From contig OZ316893.1 of NCBI GenBank assembly GCA_973895155.1, positions 4,012,490-4,076,489 on the forward strand: a stretch of DNA of 64,000 bases. Direction: 5' to 3'. Both the position numbers and the translations under genes were made by a program. The notes under the pieces are model-generated. The model searched no databases. It saw nothing but the letters and a program-made list of their open reading frames with translations, and was not told the origin of the DNA. The stretch is from Marsupella aquatica. Its lineage: Eukaryota > Plantae > Marchantiophyta. Below, one piece after another: positions 12,101 through 25,900 of the stretch; positions within the stretch are counted from its first letter, which is position 1, and every line of letters starts with the position of its first letter.

Positions 12101-14413
12101 AAAGTCTGGCTTGCTAGCTCTTTCACTTGATCTTCCTAGTGCCACCCCCCCCCCCCCCCCGCGCCTAAATTGGATTTCTTGCCTTTGGGGATCCCTGTGT
12201 TTGATGGATTTAGTCTTTGGCAATGTTATATATGTCAGGATAGGGATCATTCTTGGAGATGAGACATAACCTTGAATGTTATGTGCAGAAAATGGGTGTT
12301 CAAAAACAAGAAATATCCATACATAACAAAAGCAGAGGCTGCAGCAATGTGTGCTAAAACTGGAAAGCCCACCAAAATGGTAATAGTTAAATACTGATTT
12401 TTCCTTAGAAGCTGACTACTACTGGCTCACTAAATGATGAATAGTTCTTTCTGATGATCAATTGCACCAGCTGAGAAGCTCTCAAGAGTTACAACAAATC
12501 TTGGTCCTCACTTCTTTTCTTCTGACCCATTACGCGCGAAGAAGTTGGGGCTTTTCCATTCAATTCCGCAGAAGACTTTAAAAACAATTGTTGAAGAAAT
12601 TTAGCGGTGTTTTAATCCAATTTTGAGAATTACAATAACTATAGGGGTTTTTAGATACCACATGTGAGAATATTCCTAGAATATTTCATAAAGTGAGAGG
12701 TTAAAAATTGGAAAAAAACGGGGAAAAAAGCTACTTTCCTTAAGTTTTAAGGTGTTTATTACCTGAAAACTCTGCCCGTGATATGGGACCTCCCTTGGAG
12801 TGAGGCCCTCTTTCTGTTAGTATGATAAAGCTAAGGTTCAAAATAATGCCAACAGCTACACACAATTGTGTTGGGCAGTAATTATTTGAAAAATTACTGC
12901 CCAAGTGATGGTCAAAATTATACAAGCATACAAGCATACAGAGCAAACATATACTCAGCAATCATATTTCAAAAATTGATCTTGTGAAATACAAATTCGC
13001 CCAAGTGATGGTCAAAATTAAACCTCAAATTAAACATGAGTCCTTACCCCAAGGGCTGGACATGAACTCAAACAGTCATGTTGAATTGTGTGCTTCAGAT
13101 AAAGATGTGGCTAAGACTCTTCAGGAATCGGCACTGGGATGAGAAGGTCTTGGGGCCCCTTCCGCCGTATAAAGGATTATGCAAGGAAACCGAAGATGAT
13201 GTCAGCTCTACCAGCAGCGAAGAAATAGATGGAAAGGAACTCTTGAGGCCCATAACTGGGAAGCAGCGTGAATTGGGTAGTAAGCCAAAGAAAAGAAAAG
13301 TAGAGTCATTTCGTAACTTTATGAAGTTTCCCAAGCATTTTAAGGATTGGTCAAGTTATTGGGAAAGTGGAAAAAGAGAGCAAGATGAAAGAATGGCAAA
13401 AGAGGCTGCTGCAGTTACTAACCAGCCACAAATATCAAATCAGCCAATATCAGCCGACTATGCAAAGAGGTGTATCGCTGAAAGGAACGCTACAAAGAAA
13501 AAATTACAAGAAGTCCAAGAGATGGTTGAAGGTAGACAAAACTCTTCACGAAGGAAATAATTGTAAAGAAACAATAACAACATAATGAGAAGAGCAAGAA
13601 ATACATTTCAGGATATAAATTTATTCCCAACAGATTAAACCTCTGGCTGAGTCTGCACCTAAATAAACAATCTTCTTATTAGAGTATGATAGTACCCGAA
13701 GCAATTGAAGTAGATGGCTAGCGATCCACACCTACTGTGGACAGGTGATAAAGTTTGTCAAATAAAGATGTACTAAGGATTTCCTCTAGAGGAGCCAAGG
13801 GTTGATAGTCTTTCGAGTGCCAACAGCTACTGGTCTTTAGATACATAGATAGATATCACATGACTCAATTTGCTACAGATCCTCTGAATGATTAAACTGA
13901 GGTGTAGCCACATCTAGTGATGGACCCATCAAGCCAGCTGAAAAGAACTTACCAAGTGCAATTTCATCAAATTTTCTGCTCTTAGTTAAAGCAAAAATAT
14001 TGCAATGAAAATAGGAATTGTTGGAATTCTTTACCCAACAACTTTACCCACTATTTTTGTCACACATGTCAGAACTCTCAAGAACTGAATATCTGAGAAA
14101 TTCCTGCACAAACGTTCAATATATATGGATGCAACACAGATCACAGAGTGTTCAGGACTGGCTAGGACTAACATTTGAAAGTGCTACAGATCACAAACAA
14201 GGGGACATTAAGGAGGACATAAGCGTTGAAGACGGCTTTGCAGCAATGCTAGAAAATCAGTTGGACCAAAATGATGAAAACTTTGCACCAAAATTAGGTA
14301 CGGAATTGGAGGAGGAAGACGAAGCCTTTGCTGCATTTAAATTGCAAATGGAAAAGGAGGCACTTGAGGGGCACTTTATTGACCCTGATGAGTTCAAGGG
14401 TCTTTCACCTTAG
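6161..14413 (+). CDS. Multi-exon gene encoding one divergent TALE-class homeodomain protein
   Basis: Candidate exons 6161-6289, 7622-7825, (uncertain exon ~8256-8294), 8552-8625, 9116-9201, 12289-12379 (91 bp), 13099-13531, final acidic exon ending at stop 14413 (join uncertain). Spliced HD: GHKIYKFPQFAVDIMK|KWVFKNKKYPYITKAEAAAMCAKTGKPTKM|IKMWLRLFRNRHWDEK. A KPKKRK NLS-like motif lies downstream. Confidence 0.7.
8780..9020 (-). repeat. Copy of a dispersed short repeat family (inverted relative to the 11770-12000 copy)
   Basis: TGCATTTTGCAATTAAACAACC and ATGATATGCCACTTCCA here are reverse complements of GGTTGTTTAATTGCAAAATGCA and TGGAAGTGGCATATCAT at 11.78-11.9 kb. Confidence 0.7.
11770..12000 (+). 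repeat. Copy of the same dispersed repeat family
   Basis: Starts TCACTTCCATGGAAGTGGCATATCATGTGCGAC, nearly the same as the start of the 38307 insertion. Related AT-rich bodies lie at ~7900-8060 (-), ~12530-12740 (+) and ~41850-42100 (-). Confidence 0.7.
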
Positions 14414-15528
14414 ATACAAGAGAATAATTAAATTGATTCCAAGGTTTCCAGTTCCTGGACTTTACACAACTCAGGAACACAATTTTGGGCATATGAAATT
14501 GCTTAAATAAGTGGGTGTCTATCACTGAGTACAAGGGATTATTAGAAACTTTTGAAAAGTCATTCAGTGATACCATAAACTTGAGATAAATTAAAGTTTC
14601 TCTTAGATCTTACGTAAAACCGATCTTAGAGTAGAAAGGTCCAGGCAGCTGTGCCCATAAACACAAGGTATCTCTACCTGGCTCTCTACTTGAGGAGGGA
14701 GGAGGGGGGGGGGGGGGTTGGGACCCCCAAACACACCTAAGTAACACAAAGACATTTGACATTCAAGTGGCTATGTCTAGGGGGTGATGCTGCTATATGG
14801 TGAATGCACATTTCAGATTTTGTCTTATTCAGATTTTTGTGTCATATATTTTCATTTCAATCTGCCTTATCAAGGGGCAGCCTTTATATTCTATACATTT
14901 CTAATTAATTTTTAGACCCCTTTAGTTTAGGTATTCTAGAATATTTTGAACTTATTTTGGTAGCCCCCTTTCACACTATGTGTTTTCTTAGAGATGAAAC
15001 CAATGGCTCCACCACCACGAGTGAGAGAAATGATACTGAAGAGCATGAATGCATAGCCTCTGAAGTTCTCCTCATGTTTTTCTTTCCTAGGTTTATGGTT
15101 TTTATGACAGGAGTGTCATTCATAAGGCACCCTAAGTTAAGTGCACACATCGTAGCATCGTTTGACTGTACCTTTTCTTGGTCACTGTGCTTTTCTTGGC
15201 AGACACTTTACTTATATAACAACACTTCTATGCTCTCATATTTTATTTACTTTCAGATCACTACAAGACAAAAAATAAAGCATGTTCCATGATTTGAGCA
15301 TGCTATATCTAGGGGGTTACTTGGTGTAGAAAGGGCCCCGCTGCCCAAACTCCGTATGATAAGGTATAACTTTTCTTATTTGGGTATATAGTGAGAGCAA
15401 TTAGAATCTACTTGAATAGTACTAGGCCTTAGCAGCTTTTATAAGCTAAACGAAGCCAGGGACACTGGTCAGTAGTGAGGAGCTGAACAGCAGGAGGGAG
15501 CTACTGGAGGTATGGTCAGTGGTGGAGG

Positions 15529-16310
15529 TGTCATGCCCCGTGTCATTTTTGGCAACAGGAGGCCTTGCAAAGGAGGTCCGGGTGGAGGGCTGTACTGCTG
15601 CCTGAAGGAGTGGTGGCCAGAGAGCTGCTGGTCATTGACGCATAGGTGACAAGGCAGGGGGAGTTACCAGGGTGACAACAAGGAGATAACCAGAGTGGCT
15701 ACTGGATTGACAGCCAGAGAGAAGGTGCTCCAAAGTAGATTAGCTGGAGGGCCCAAAGGAGGAAGCTATGGATGAGTTCCAGGGGGGGGCCGGTGGCTAC
15801 ATTATCCTGGTTTGGACTTGCCTGGCAAATAGAGCCTTAAGAGCCTGTCAACCGACAAGTCATCACCTGGACCGCGGGCACCCAATGTCGACTGCCCGGC
15901 CCTTCCCATCCCAGCCCGGCCATGACTTCCCGGCCCGAGCCAGAGTATTCCTCGTCATCTTGGGCCGGGTGCAGGGCAGGGCCGGGGAATAACCGGGAAT
16001 ATCTGGCATTTCAAACAATTTCTGCCCAGCAAGTGACGACTTTATGTGCCCGAAAACTCGGCAAGTTTCCCGTAACTTCAAATGGGGTACATGGTAGACC
16101 AGACGAGAGCACACCTGGAGAAGAGGAGTGACCAAGAGTGACGGGGAGGTAAAGAGAAGGTCCATATTGGGGGCCCATACATGTACACCCCAAAAATGTG
16201 AAACTATGTACAGGAAGAGGATAGAAATCAAGAAAGCAGCCCATTTGTACTTTTGCCAGCTTGTGACTCCTCTCCCATTTTCTCCTAAGTTTTTGCTTTC
16301 AATCCGTCAA
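15529..16310. mobile_element. Possible LTR fragment
   Basis: Begins TGTCATGCCCCG (LTR-like terminus) and shifts to GC-rich composition. No matching end, PBS or TSD found; the end coordinate is approximate. Confidence 0.3.
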
Positions 16311-17756
16311 TGAGGAGCACATTGGTGGAAGCTTCTCAACCTTCTCTTTCCAAAAACAAGTATTGCCAATTTGACTTAGTTAGTAACAAAGTTAAGTATA
16401 GCTCCAAGAGTGACAGGGGTCCAAATTTGTTTGGCAATAGCATCTGGGTGTGTCATCCAAGTCTGTAGATTTTATTTTGGCATGCTATCCAATCTATGTG
16501 GGTGAATGAGTTTACCTAATTATAATGCTAACTCAGGTGAGCATATCTCTGTTATCTGAAGACCGTTCGATGAGCCATTTGCATGGATGGGTGCGGGAAA
16601 TCATCAGCAAGCAAATTCTGGTTACTTTCAATTTTTGGTGATGTTTGGTGACCATGTGCAAAAGATGGATCCAGCAGCACAAGAACCAGATTTGGAAGAC
16701 CCTTTCACATGAGGAGGACTCCTGTAGACTCTTACAGTAGTTGTGGTGGATTTAGATAGAGTAGTCTATGTAGAATTAGAGGTCGAGGCTCCTTGGAGTG
16801 ATTACAGACACTGGTCAATCTCATTTGGAAAGCACTAGGTTTGCACAAGTGTGCCACACGTGGTAGTATTTTCTCGAGGGGTTTTGGGTTGGAGGTGCCA
16901 CCAGGAGTATTTTCTTTTGAGTTCTGTATTTGTCCACTCTCGGTCTCCCTTGCCTTCACTCCATTTGTACTGTATTTGGCCCAATTTAGTAAATTAGTCC
17001 TTTCCTCGTTTTAGTGGTTAATTGTTTTGTTACTTTTGGACAAAGAACATGTTGGGATCCCATCAACTTAGAATTTTGCATGGAGAGTCCAAACTTGTGA
17101 CTCTGAAGATTGCACAATATGACAAGTGAGCTTCCCACTTGGTGCCCTATTTGATCATTGAGTGATCCTTTATGACCTTTTCCTCGCCCTTTTCCTTACT
17201 TTATGGCCAATCAACACAAATTGTCCATATTCAGATGGTATATGCTATGATTTCAATAACTTGAACACACGCCTTACATTAGCCCCGGCCAATAAGGTGT
17301 ATAAGTGCATGTTATAATATCCTCTATCATTGCGTGAAGGTACTCTACTCCGGGCTCCACTCAGAGCATATTCATTTTTGAATGGTGAAGATGTTACCGT
17401 TGGCTTTCAAAATCAGCTTTTTGTATATAATATTAAGAAATCAAGGATGACCAAAGCTCAGGTGGCCAGGGGTGACTTTGACCAGAAGTCTCAAATTCAT
17501 TCCCTATCTAAACAATTATGTTCCATAAAATTGTTCTGCATGTAATATGGGTTCTAGGCCAAACTGCCTTGAATGGGGCACTCAAATGCGTTATGTGCAC
17601 AGGTGCTAGTGTTGGTTGAAGGATTACATGAAATTTATATTTAAATCAGGAGTTTTCCATGGCTGCAACATAGTTGCTCAGCTTGCTCAAAGGCAGTTTT
17701 CCCTTGCAACAAAGATTTCCCTTCAGTCAAAGTAGTCCACAAAAATTGGAGCAATT

Positions 17757-19911
17757 GAGTATCTATGCTCCTAGTACCCCTAGAGAGCGGGCTATTCTGT
17801 GGCACGACTTAAAAATCACTTTACCTCAGGACAACTGGATCGTCTGTGGAGACTTCAACATGGTCGAAAGAAGTTCAGACTCCACCGGTTCTTCACCACT
17901 GCTCAAAGGAAGAGAAGCGGAATTTTGGAGGTTTTTCAAAATGAGATTTGATTTAGAAGATGCTGCCAACATCACACAAGCCTTTCGGGGTGCGGAATTT
18001 ACTTGGCGGCGTATCATCAACAGCAAACTAGTGCAATCTAGACTAGACAGGTTCTATTTTAGTGGAAAAAGCTGATGGACGGGAGCGGTGATCGACCTGC
18101 TACATGAAGGTGGAACGGCTCTATCTGATCATGACCCAGTTATTTTATGTTTTAGTCTCTCTCCTCCGGTTCTAGAAAGAAATGTGGCACGAAAATCCTC
18201 TTTCTTCAAGGCTAACGCCGGGCTACTCAAATTGAAAGGATTTACTGACAAACTAGCAGTGGCCTGGACTTCGAGTGGAGTCACGGTTTCAGACCCGCAC
18301 CTGCGCTTCTACCAAGCGAATCTACATTTGAGAGACACATACAAGGAAGTTCAATACACCCCGGGGGACCGCGAGAGGGACGTCTCCCTCCTGCGAGGAA
18401 AACTTCGAGTCCTGAAGGCTGCTCTTATAAACACTTTCACTGATATGGAGCTCAAAGATTATTCTACCATTGAGGACCAGGTGCGTGCAGCGGAACACGG
18501 TTTACTCGAGCGCTGGATACAAAGCAGTCTGAATGGTCTTCCCTATTTGAAGCGAATCTACGTCTGGCAAAATGGAGGAATCCGAAACACATTCGGCGGA
18601 ACAATTACTCTCTTTCCGATCTTTTATTACTCAGTTATCCTCTTTCCTTTGGCCGCCTTCACTACACAGGGGGTTTGTGGAAGGCTTGGGAATCACTGCG
18701 TTCTCATCTTATTTTCTCCCCGGAAGCATCTAGTGTCGCCAGCTGGTGGAGCATTGAGGACGTACTTAGATGTTTTGAAAACTTTCAGCAGCTGGATGAT
18801 CCTTCTCTTTGCTCTATGATTAAACTACTGGGAAGAATAGGTATCAGGAAAATAGCAGATCTTCGGGGAGAACATCACGTAGTCTTACATTACTACACTG
18901 GCAAACTATCACGTATCCGAGGTTTTGAGTGGAGGATTCGGGAGCTGTGTCTGCTTTTCATCGGGAAAATCCAGGGCACTTCAGATGCGAGAGGCCCTCT
19001 CAGGTGTAGAGCCACACAATGGCGCTGGTCGGACAAGGAGGAGCGGCTGAAAATTTTTCATTTGCCCAATGCACGGATGTACCATCTATTGAGACCTAAA
19101 GGCTCAGACTTTATCAGGCTCAATAGAATTTGGGGCCATTCATGCTCTGAACGGCAATGGAACAAGCTCTGAATCTTTTTATGGTCAACCGATCTTCCTC
19201 TCAAAGCTCGCACCTTTCTCTGGAGAATAATAGCACAGGGTCTTTTTACCGGAATTAGAGCTGTGAGGATCGGGAAAGGAGACGGCCACAGTTTGCTTTG
19301 CTCCAATGTTTTGGAGACGATCCCACATCTTTTTCTTTCCTGCTCTTTTGCTCAACGCTGCTGGTCTTTGGTTGGTCAAACATTTATGGGCACTCTCAAC
19401 TCGCAACAAGCTGATCTTTTTGCCACTCTGGAACTACGAGGTCAACAGGGAGTCCATAAATCCCTCAAAATCTTCATGATTTTCCACACAATGTGGACTT
19501 TATGGCTAGCTAGAAACGAACAGGTTTTCAACTCTAGACAGACTCGTACCTTCAATATGAACCTGATCTTGTCTGAACTTCTGGATTCTCTTCATGGTAT
19601 TTGTGAGGCCTCCGGCCCTAGCAGAAAACATACTAGAATTCTCAGGATTAAAGAATTAGTAGATATGGAAAAATTGAGATGGATCACGCGTTCAGATGCT
19701 AGGCTCTATAGTTAAACACACATCTTAGGTCGATTGGCAGTGGTCTGTTACTTTTTTTGGAGTGGTCCTCTTTGACCTGGAGTTTTGGCAGATACTGGCC
19801 CTCCGTTTTTGCTCTTTTCTGGCTTTGTGCGTTTGCCATGTATGGCTTTGGCCCCCCTTCCCGTGGGTTTTCGCGGGTTTTTTTCCTAAAAAAAAATTTA
19901 AAAAATAAAAT
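17757..19911 (+). mobile_element. L1-type LINE, 5'-truncated, reverse transcriptase domain absent
   Basis: APE endonuclease C-terminal motifs (SIYAP, WIVCGDFN, FTW, SRLDRFY, LSDHDPV) at 17757-18150; zf-RVT-like C-terminus (FLWRI...ETIPHLFLSC..A..CW, W.LWLARNEQVF) at 19180-19715; A-rich tail 19888-19911; 14-bp TSD AAATTGGAGCAATT at 17743-17756 and 19912-19925. Confidence 0.9.
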
Positions 19912-20520
19912 AAATTGGAGCAATTCCTGCATGGGAACTTAAATCACATGGCTGAACTTGTTCAGGGAAGGCAGAAAAGAGACGGCTCTAAAAGAGCTAG
20001 CTCATTATCTAACCATCTAACATAAACCCTTGGCACCACAAAGGCGGAGACATTTTAGTTTGCATTTTACTCAGTAATTTGCTTGATTATAGAATCTGTC
20101 TAAGCACTTCAATAACCCATCCCACGTCGTCGTTTACAAACTTGGGGATGGAGGGGAACAAAACTAAACGGTTAGATGGTTTTAAGGGTTTTTGGCACTG
20201 TTTGACTTATTAGGATACCTACTGGCAAGGGCTACATGGTAGATGTACTATACTTTTATGATGCCTTGCCAGGATCACGAAGTACTTAGTTAAGCCTAAA
20301 ATAATGGCTAAATAAAGATTAGGTAGATGGAATAAGGGAGGAATAAGGATCGAAGCCGATTGCAACATATTCAGGGGAGATTGTGATAGGATCGGATCCA
20401 ACGGTCATGATTAAGTGGGATTAGGGTTATGACCTAATCTGGGCTTGATCAGGTAAGCAAAGAGGAGGCGGCTTCGTAGGGAGGGGACCAACACTCTGTA
20501 CACTTGCTCATTTGCTTGTT

Positions 20521-20600
20521 CGATCAACCTAGGGAGGTGGAAGCAGCTGCCGATCGATCGGGGGAGGTGGAAGTAGCTGCCGATCGATCGGGGGAGGTGG
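20521..20600 (+). repeat. 30-bp tandem repeat, ~2.7 copies
   Basis: Unit CGATCGATCGGGGGAGGTGGAAG(C/T)AGCTGC. Confidence 0.85.
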
Positions 20601-22040
20601 TTAGGGAATTGCTCAAGCTCTTTTCTCTTTCGTTGGAATGACCACGGTGAATCAAGCGGCCAAGTTTTGGGGTTGTTTGCTTGAAGAAGCACGGCAGCTC
20701 ATACCGACTTACGAAGACGTTGAGCCGGAACGAGCAGCAAGGGAACGGGCGGAGCTCGCACGGTTAGGGGGAATTCATAAGACGGCTTTTGCAGGAACAG
20801 AAGAAGTCCTTGAGAAATTTTCATGGACTCCCACCAGTGCTGAGCTTGACGAATTGCTGATCCAATAGAATCGAGTCATTGGAATTTGGGAGGCAATTAA
20901 GAACGCTGGGCAGCCGGTGTGGGAGTTGAAAGGTCACACTTCAGCTTGGAGCAGGGAAGCCATTCTTGGAGAGTTCTCAGGAATGGAGGAGATGAAGCGA
21001 AAGGGTAGTTCGGCATCTGCAACACCAGCTAAGCGGAACCGGTCGGAGAGGCAGGCTAAGGCTGAATCCATGCCAGTTCGTGATAGGGCAGTAGAGGATA
21101 GGTTTATGGCGGGTTGGGCGGATAGGCTACCTGCCGACTTACAACTACAGTTTGCACGAGAAGAAGATGAGCCTGTCTTCTGTGCTATGCAGGATAACAA
21201 GTATTTGGGATACATGAACAACACTGGCTTAGAGGGATTCATCCGATTACCATGGCGGTTAAAAGAGATACCAGATGAGGATCTGTTGGACTTCGTGGGA
21301 TGCTGGGAGGCTTCTTCCAACACGACGCTGCTGTATGGAAAGGTGTTCAAACTAACACCTGCGCTTATCAAAGCCGTCTTCGCTTTACCAACAGGAAGGA
21401 AGACTAAGGTGGAGCAGAGGAAGACGTTGGCGGATGACCAGTTCAGGTCATTTCCAGGGCCTTCCACCAAGAATGGGTTCTTCAGGAATCAATGTACAAA
21501 TCCGCATATAGGGCAGTTGATTGATTTCCTGAGAGTCACGTTGCATTGTACTTTGCCGAGAGCAGAAATCGGCAAAGCCCAGGTATTTTTGGTGGAGAAT
21601 ATCAATTCAAGCCGAGACTACAACGACTATCTCTTAATGCAGTTGAAAAAGGCATTGAATGAAGAAAAGCAGAGCATTGGGGAAGGAGCGGTGTCTAGAC
21701 TAGGGTACCATCTGCAATTACTTTGCCGATATGCAAGAAGCCAGTCTTTTGCACCAGTGTTACCAATACAGGAGCGGATGCCGATCACTGCACCACTTGA
21801 GGAGGTGGCGGAGGACAAGCAACCCTGAACAAGCGACGGCTAGAGAAGAGGTCGGCAATACAGGCAGTCCAGGGACAGGAGAATTCCCCTCTCAAGAAAC
21901 CAGAGGTGGTAACATATGACGTGGTGAGAAATCCGCTGCGATGGCCTACTTGTAATAACCCATATGCAAGTATTCAACTGGCAGAGAGGAAGATGACTGC
22001 CAAAGAAAGAAAGAAATGAGATGAGCAAATGGATTCAGAC

Positions 22041-22680
22041 CACTAGTAGAAACCGGGGTGTTTTATGACTAAGTTTTATGACTGCCCATGACTCCTTGTG
22101 ACTAAAGTTTGGGGGTATCAAGCCAGTCATAATTTTGACATAGCGTCTTATTTAAAGTGACTGAAATCGAGTGGTCAGCTATGTGACTAGGGTTTAAGAC
22201 ACATTTTGTGACTAATAACGACCAAATCTGTACTTGGGCATTTTGGGATTTGGAGAAGGTGTAGTCTTACAAATGACTGCAAAGTAGTCATTTGTATGAC
22301 TCAAAATGAGGTATGAATTAGTCACAAACAGTCAGTGAGGAAGAGTTTCCTTTCGCATATATGACTGGTGCTATGGTTCAATAATGGAACACAGGCGACT
22401 GATTATGACTAGTTGGTCTTAAAAGTTTAGAGTGTATGGGCACATTAGTGACAGATGATGACTACAAATGACCAATCATCCTGAAAAATCTTAAGATTGG
22501 GCTAGACTGGTTGGTCTTATTGGGGACCACGATGTAATATATCACGGTCATATCTTAATGACCCAAAATGACTCATTAGTCTAGTTCACGACTGCATTCT
22601 TTGACCCTTTTGGTCAAAATTTAGACTCGACCTAAGGCAATTGCAGCCTGCACATAGCACTAGAAACATGACTAATAGTC
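22041..22680. repeat. CACTA left subterminal TGAC(T/C) motif array
   Basis: Many ATGACT/GTGACT/AGTCA motifs in both orientations; mirrored at ~37640-37900. Typical of TnpA-binding subterminal repeats. Confidence 0.8.
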
Positions 22681-22935
22681 AACTCAAGCATACAAACATA
22701 CATTCAAGCACTCAAGCATACAAATACACAAGTCTTACATGAAAACATGAGAGACAACATAGTTCTATTCGAATCTTAGAACTCATATTAACTATTGAAC
22801 ATACATGCATAATTTCATACAAACTGTGGATGATCCAGTGAATGGTCCAGTGAATCTCAATTCAACTCTGCATTATGAAATATCTAGGTAACATTTGGCA
22901 CCAATCATGCAGTTGTTTCTAAGTTTAGGCTAAAA

Positions 22936-25900
22936 CTACAAACCACACATTTCAGGTGTCCCTATGTAATCTGTTGGCCACAACACCACAGAGTTCAGAG
23001 CATCTGCAATAATTGTCTGTGGCGGGTCATCATTCAAATTAGGAACTGGTAAAGGGGTCTTTGGCTTCACAAGCTTTGTCAACAACACTACATAATACCC
23101 TGTTGGTACTTCTTTGCAATGAAATGTAATCTGCTCAGGGCGCAATTTTCCATACCCTACACACAACTCATTTTGCTGTGGTGAGAACAATACATACTCA
23201 GGATGTGCCTGAGTTTTCAATTCTGCATCAGCTTTACGCTTCTTTGCCGCTGCCACTCTACCACTTGCCCTGGCCCGACTCTTCACCTTCCGAATAGGTC
23301 TCCCAGCAGCTGAAAGCTCTACTTCTACTCCACCGTCTGTGGTCACACCCTGTATGTGATGGAATTTGGGTCTCCACCTGGCCCTCCGTTTCGCATCCAT
23401 TCTCACCGGCTTTGGCAACTTCTATGAACTCTTCATATGAATCCAAACTGGGGGTATTCAGTACATTGGTAACCTCTGCAATAACAAAATAGCAAGTCAA
23501 CAGCCTATCAGCATTTTTGCCTTATCTCCAATCATGGAAACATATAACAAAACACATTTTTTGCCTCATCTCCAATCATGGAAACATGATGAGAAACCTC
23601 ACCTTCCATTGCTGGGGCCATGGTACCCTCCACATCCCTTTCTATGGGCTCCACCTCCATTTGCTGTTCAATGTTACCCTCTGGATTCATCAAATTGGAG
23701 TAATGTGGCAGGTCTCTAGAACCTCCATTCCATATTGCATTCATTATACATTTGTATTGGTCTTCTTGCACACGAATAAGCTTCTGAACATCTTCCTTTA
23801 AAGCAGTCAACTCACTTGCCATTTCACTCAATTTCACGGTCACATCATTCTCATGAGACTCCATACATTTCACACGATCTGATAAATTGCTAAGAGAACA
23901 TGATCCACCTCCCTGCAAACACATATGTCCAACAGAGTCAATCCATTACACCTGGTAAATAATATATGGTCCCATTGTTCATGCAAACTAGGGAATGTGG
24001 ACCTCAAAGAACACTATCTGGTATGAGTACTCACTTGGTTTGAAGGATCACTCTGGCCAGATTGTTGCTTCTGTTTTCTTGCTTCAGCTCTCACCTCTTC
24101 TTTTGTAGGGGACTGTCCATTTTGTGCCTTCTGCATACATCATATTTTCACACATTATTTGCTCGGACACAAAAAACTCAAGTACACTGTAGAAGCTAGG
24201 TCTGCCAATCCAACGATTATTCATACCAGCTGCTCTACTATCGGAGCATTCCCTTTCCTTCCTGTCAAGTTAAGGTTCTGAACGTTGCCACGTGCATATG
24301 CCATCTGGGAACTCTTACTCTTGCCGGATTCACTCAAGAAGTGATGGACTAGCTTGCTCCATTGAAGAGGATCTGTCAATGGGGGAGCAGGCATTCTTTG
24401 GTCCTCTCCACCTTCTTGAAACAATACGTGCAATCTCCACCTCTCATTCTTCAGAATTGTCTTCGCATGAGCCTGAAGACACTCCATGGCTACTCCATCC
24501 AGATGGCCCACATATTTCCATTTTGCGGCTACATTGTCAACAACTTGTTGCCAATCCGCTGGATGCTGCTGCACAAAATTCACCACACTCAAATCCAGCC
24601 ATCGCAATATTTCACCTTTCAAGTCAGCCAACCAACGATTCTTCCCTGCACATGCACTGTTCACCCAACGGTTGCTCCCAATGTCCACTACTCCTTTCTT
24701 GGTTCTGTCAGGTCCTGCATTGCTTTCTGTGGTACTACTTGGTGTGACAGGTTTAGGGTTCGCTGGAACTTTTGTACTACCCTTTAGTGGACTTCTAATG
24801 CCCCCTGCATCATCCCACATCCATGTGACATCATACAATGGTAACATCAATACCTTTGTATATGTCAAATAGTGGATACCAATTGCAATCTAACTTGCAA
24901 TGTGACCATCTTCACAGAATGCCCATCTCCAAGCCATGTGACCAACTTACCAGATGCTTTGCCGACACTCTGTGGATAAGAGGCAGGCTCAACTACCTGT
25001 ACATCTTCCCCACCAGCCAACCAATCAGGCTCTGGCCATTGCTCAGAACCATAGGCTACAGTTGTCCCTTGTCCTGCCTCTACTTCAGGTTCATAGTAAA
25101 CCTCCTTGTCAGTTACTCCCCAATCAGGATGGACAGAATCTGCAGTCACATAATTCAGCACTTTAATTAGGTCTTTAACATCACACTAGCATACCCTTTA
25201 TATATTTCCAAAGTAATTTACATAAATGCCAGAATTGAAGGGCAATCTCTACTCACATCTCCAATCGTCTCCTGTTGCTCCATACTGCTCAGTATGTTGT
25301 GTTGGTCTACCTTGGCCCCGTGTAATGTGTGGTGGTGGTGGACCCGTAACATACACAACAGTGTGCCCAGCATATGGTGGTGGCCCATACCCATCCACTT
25401 GTGGGGTTGCTCTCCCCTGAGAGGGTGCACAGTGTGTTGGTGGTGCGCCATACACCACAGTGTACCCCTCGCTGCGTGGGGTTGCTCTAACCTGACCTGC
25501 ACCTGTGCTGTGGGTATGTGTTGTTGCTCTACTTGCAAAGGAGGGTGGGATGTGCCCACCATGTGGTGCAGCTCCATACACAACAGTGTGACCACCTACA
25601 CCAACAGTTGTTGTTCCATACCCACTGCTCTGTTGGGTTTTACCTGGAGGTGGAGGTGGTATGTGCCCAGCACGCCCCATTGGTCCGGACCCACGTGCAA
25701 TGTAATGCACTGTGCTTTGCCCTCCATATGTTGTTGTACTGTGCCCACGGCCCATACCCCGAGCAGCAAGTCCACCTCTCTTAGCCTGCAAGAACATATG
25801 TGCAAGGACAATAAACCTAAAAGAAGTATCTTCCTTTGACTTGCCACACTCACATGAGCCAAACATATCACTACTGTGATACACTACTTCAACACTTCAT

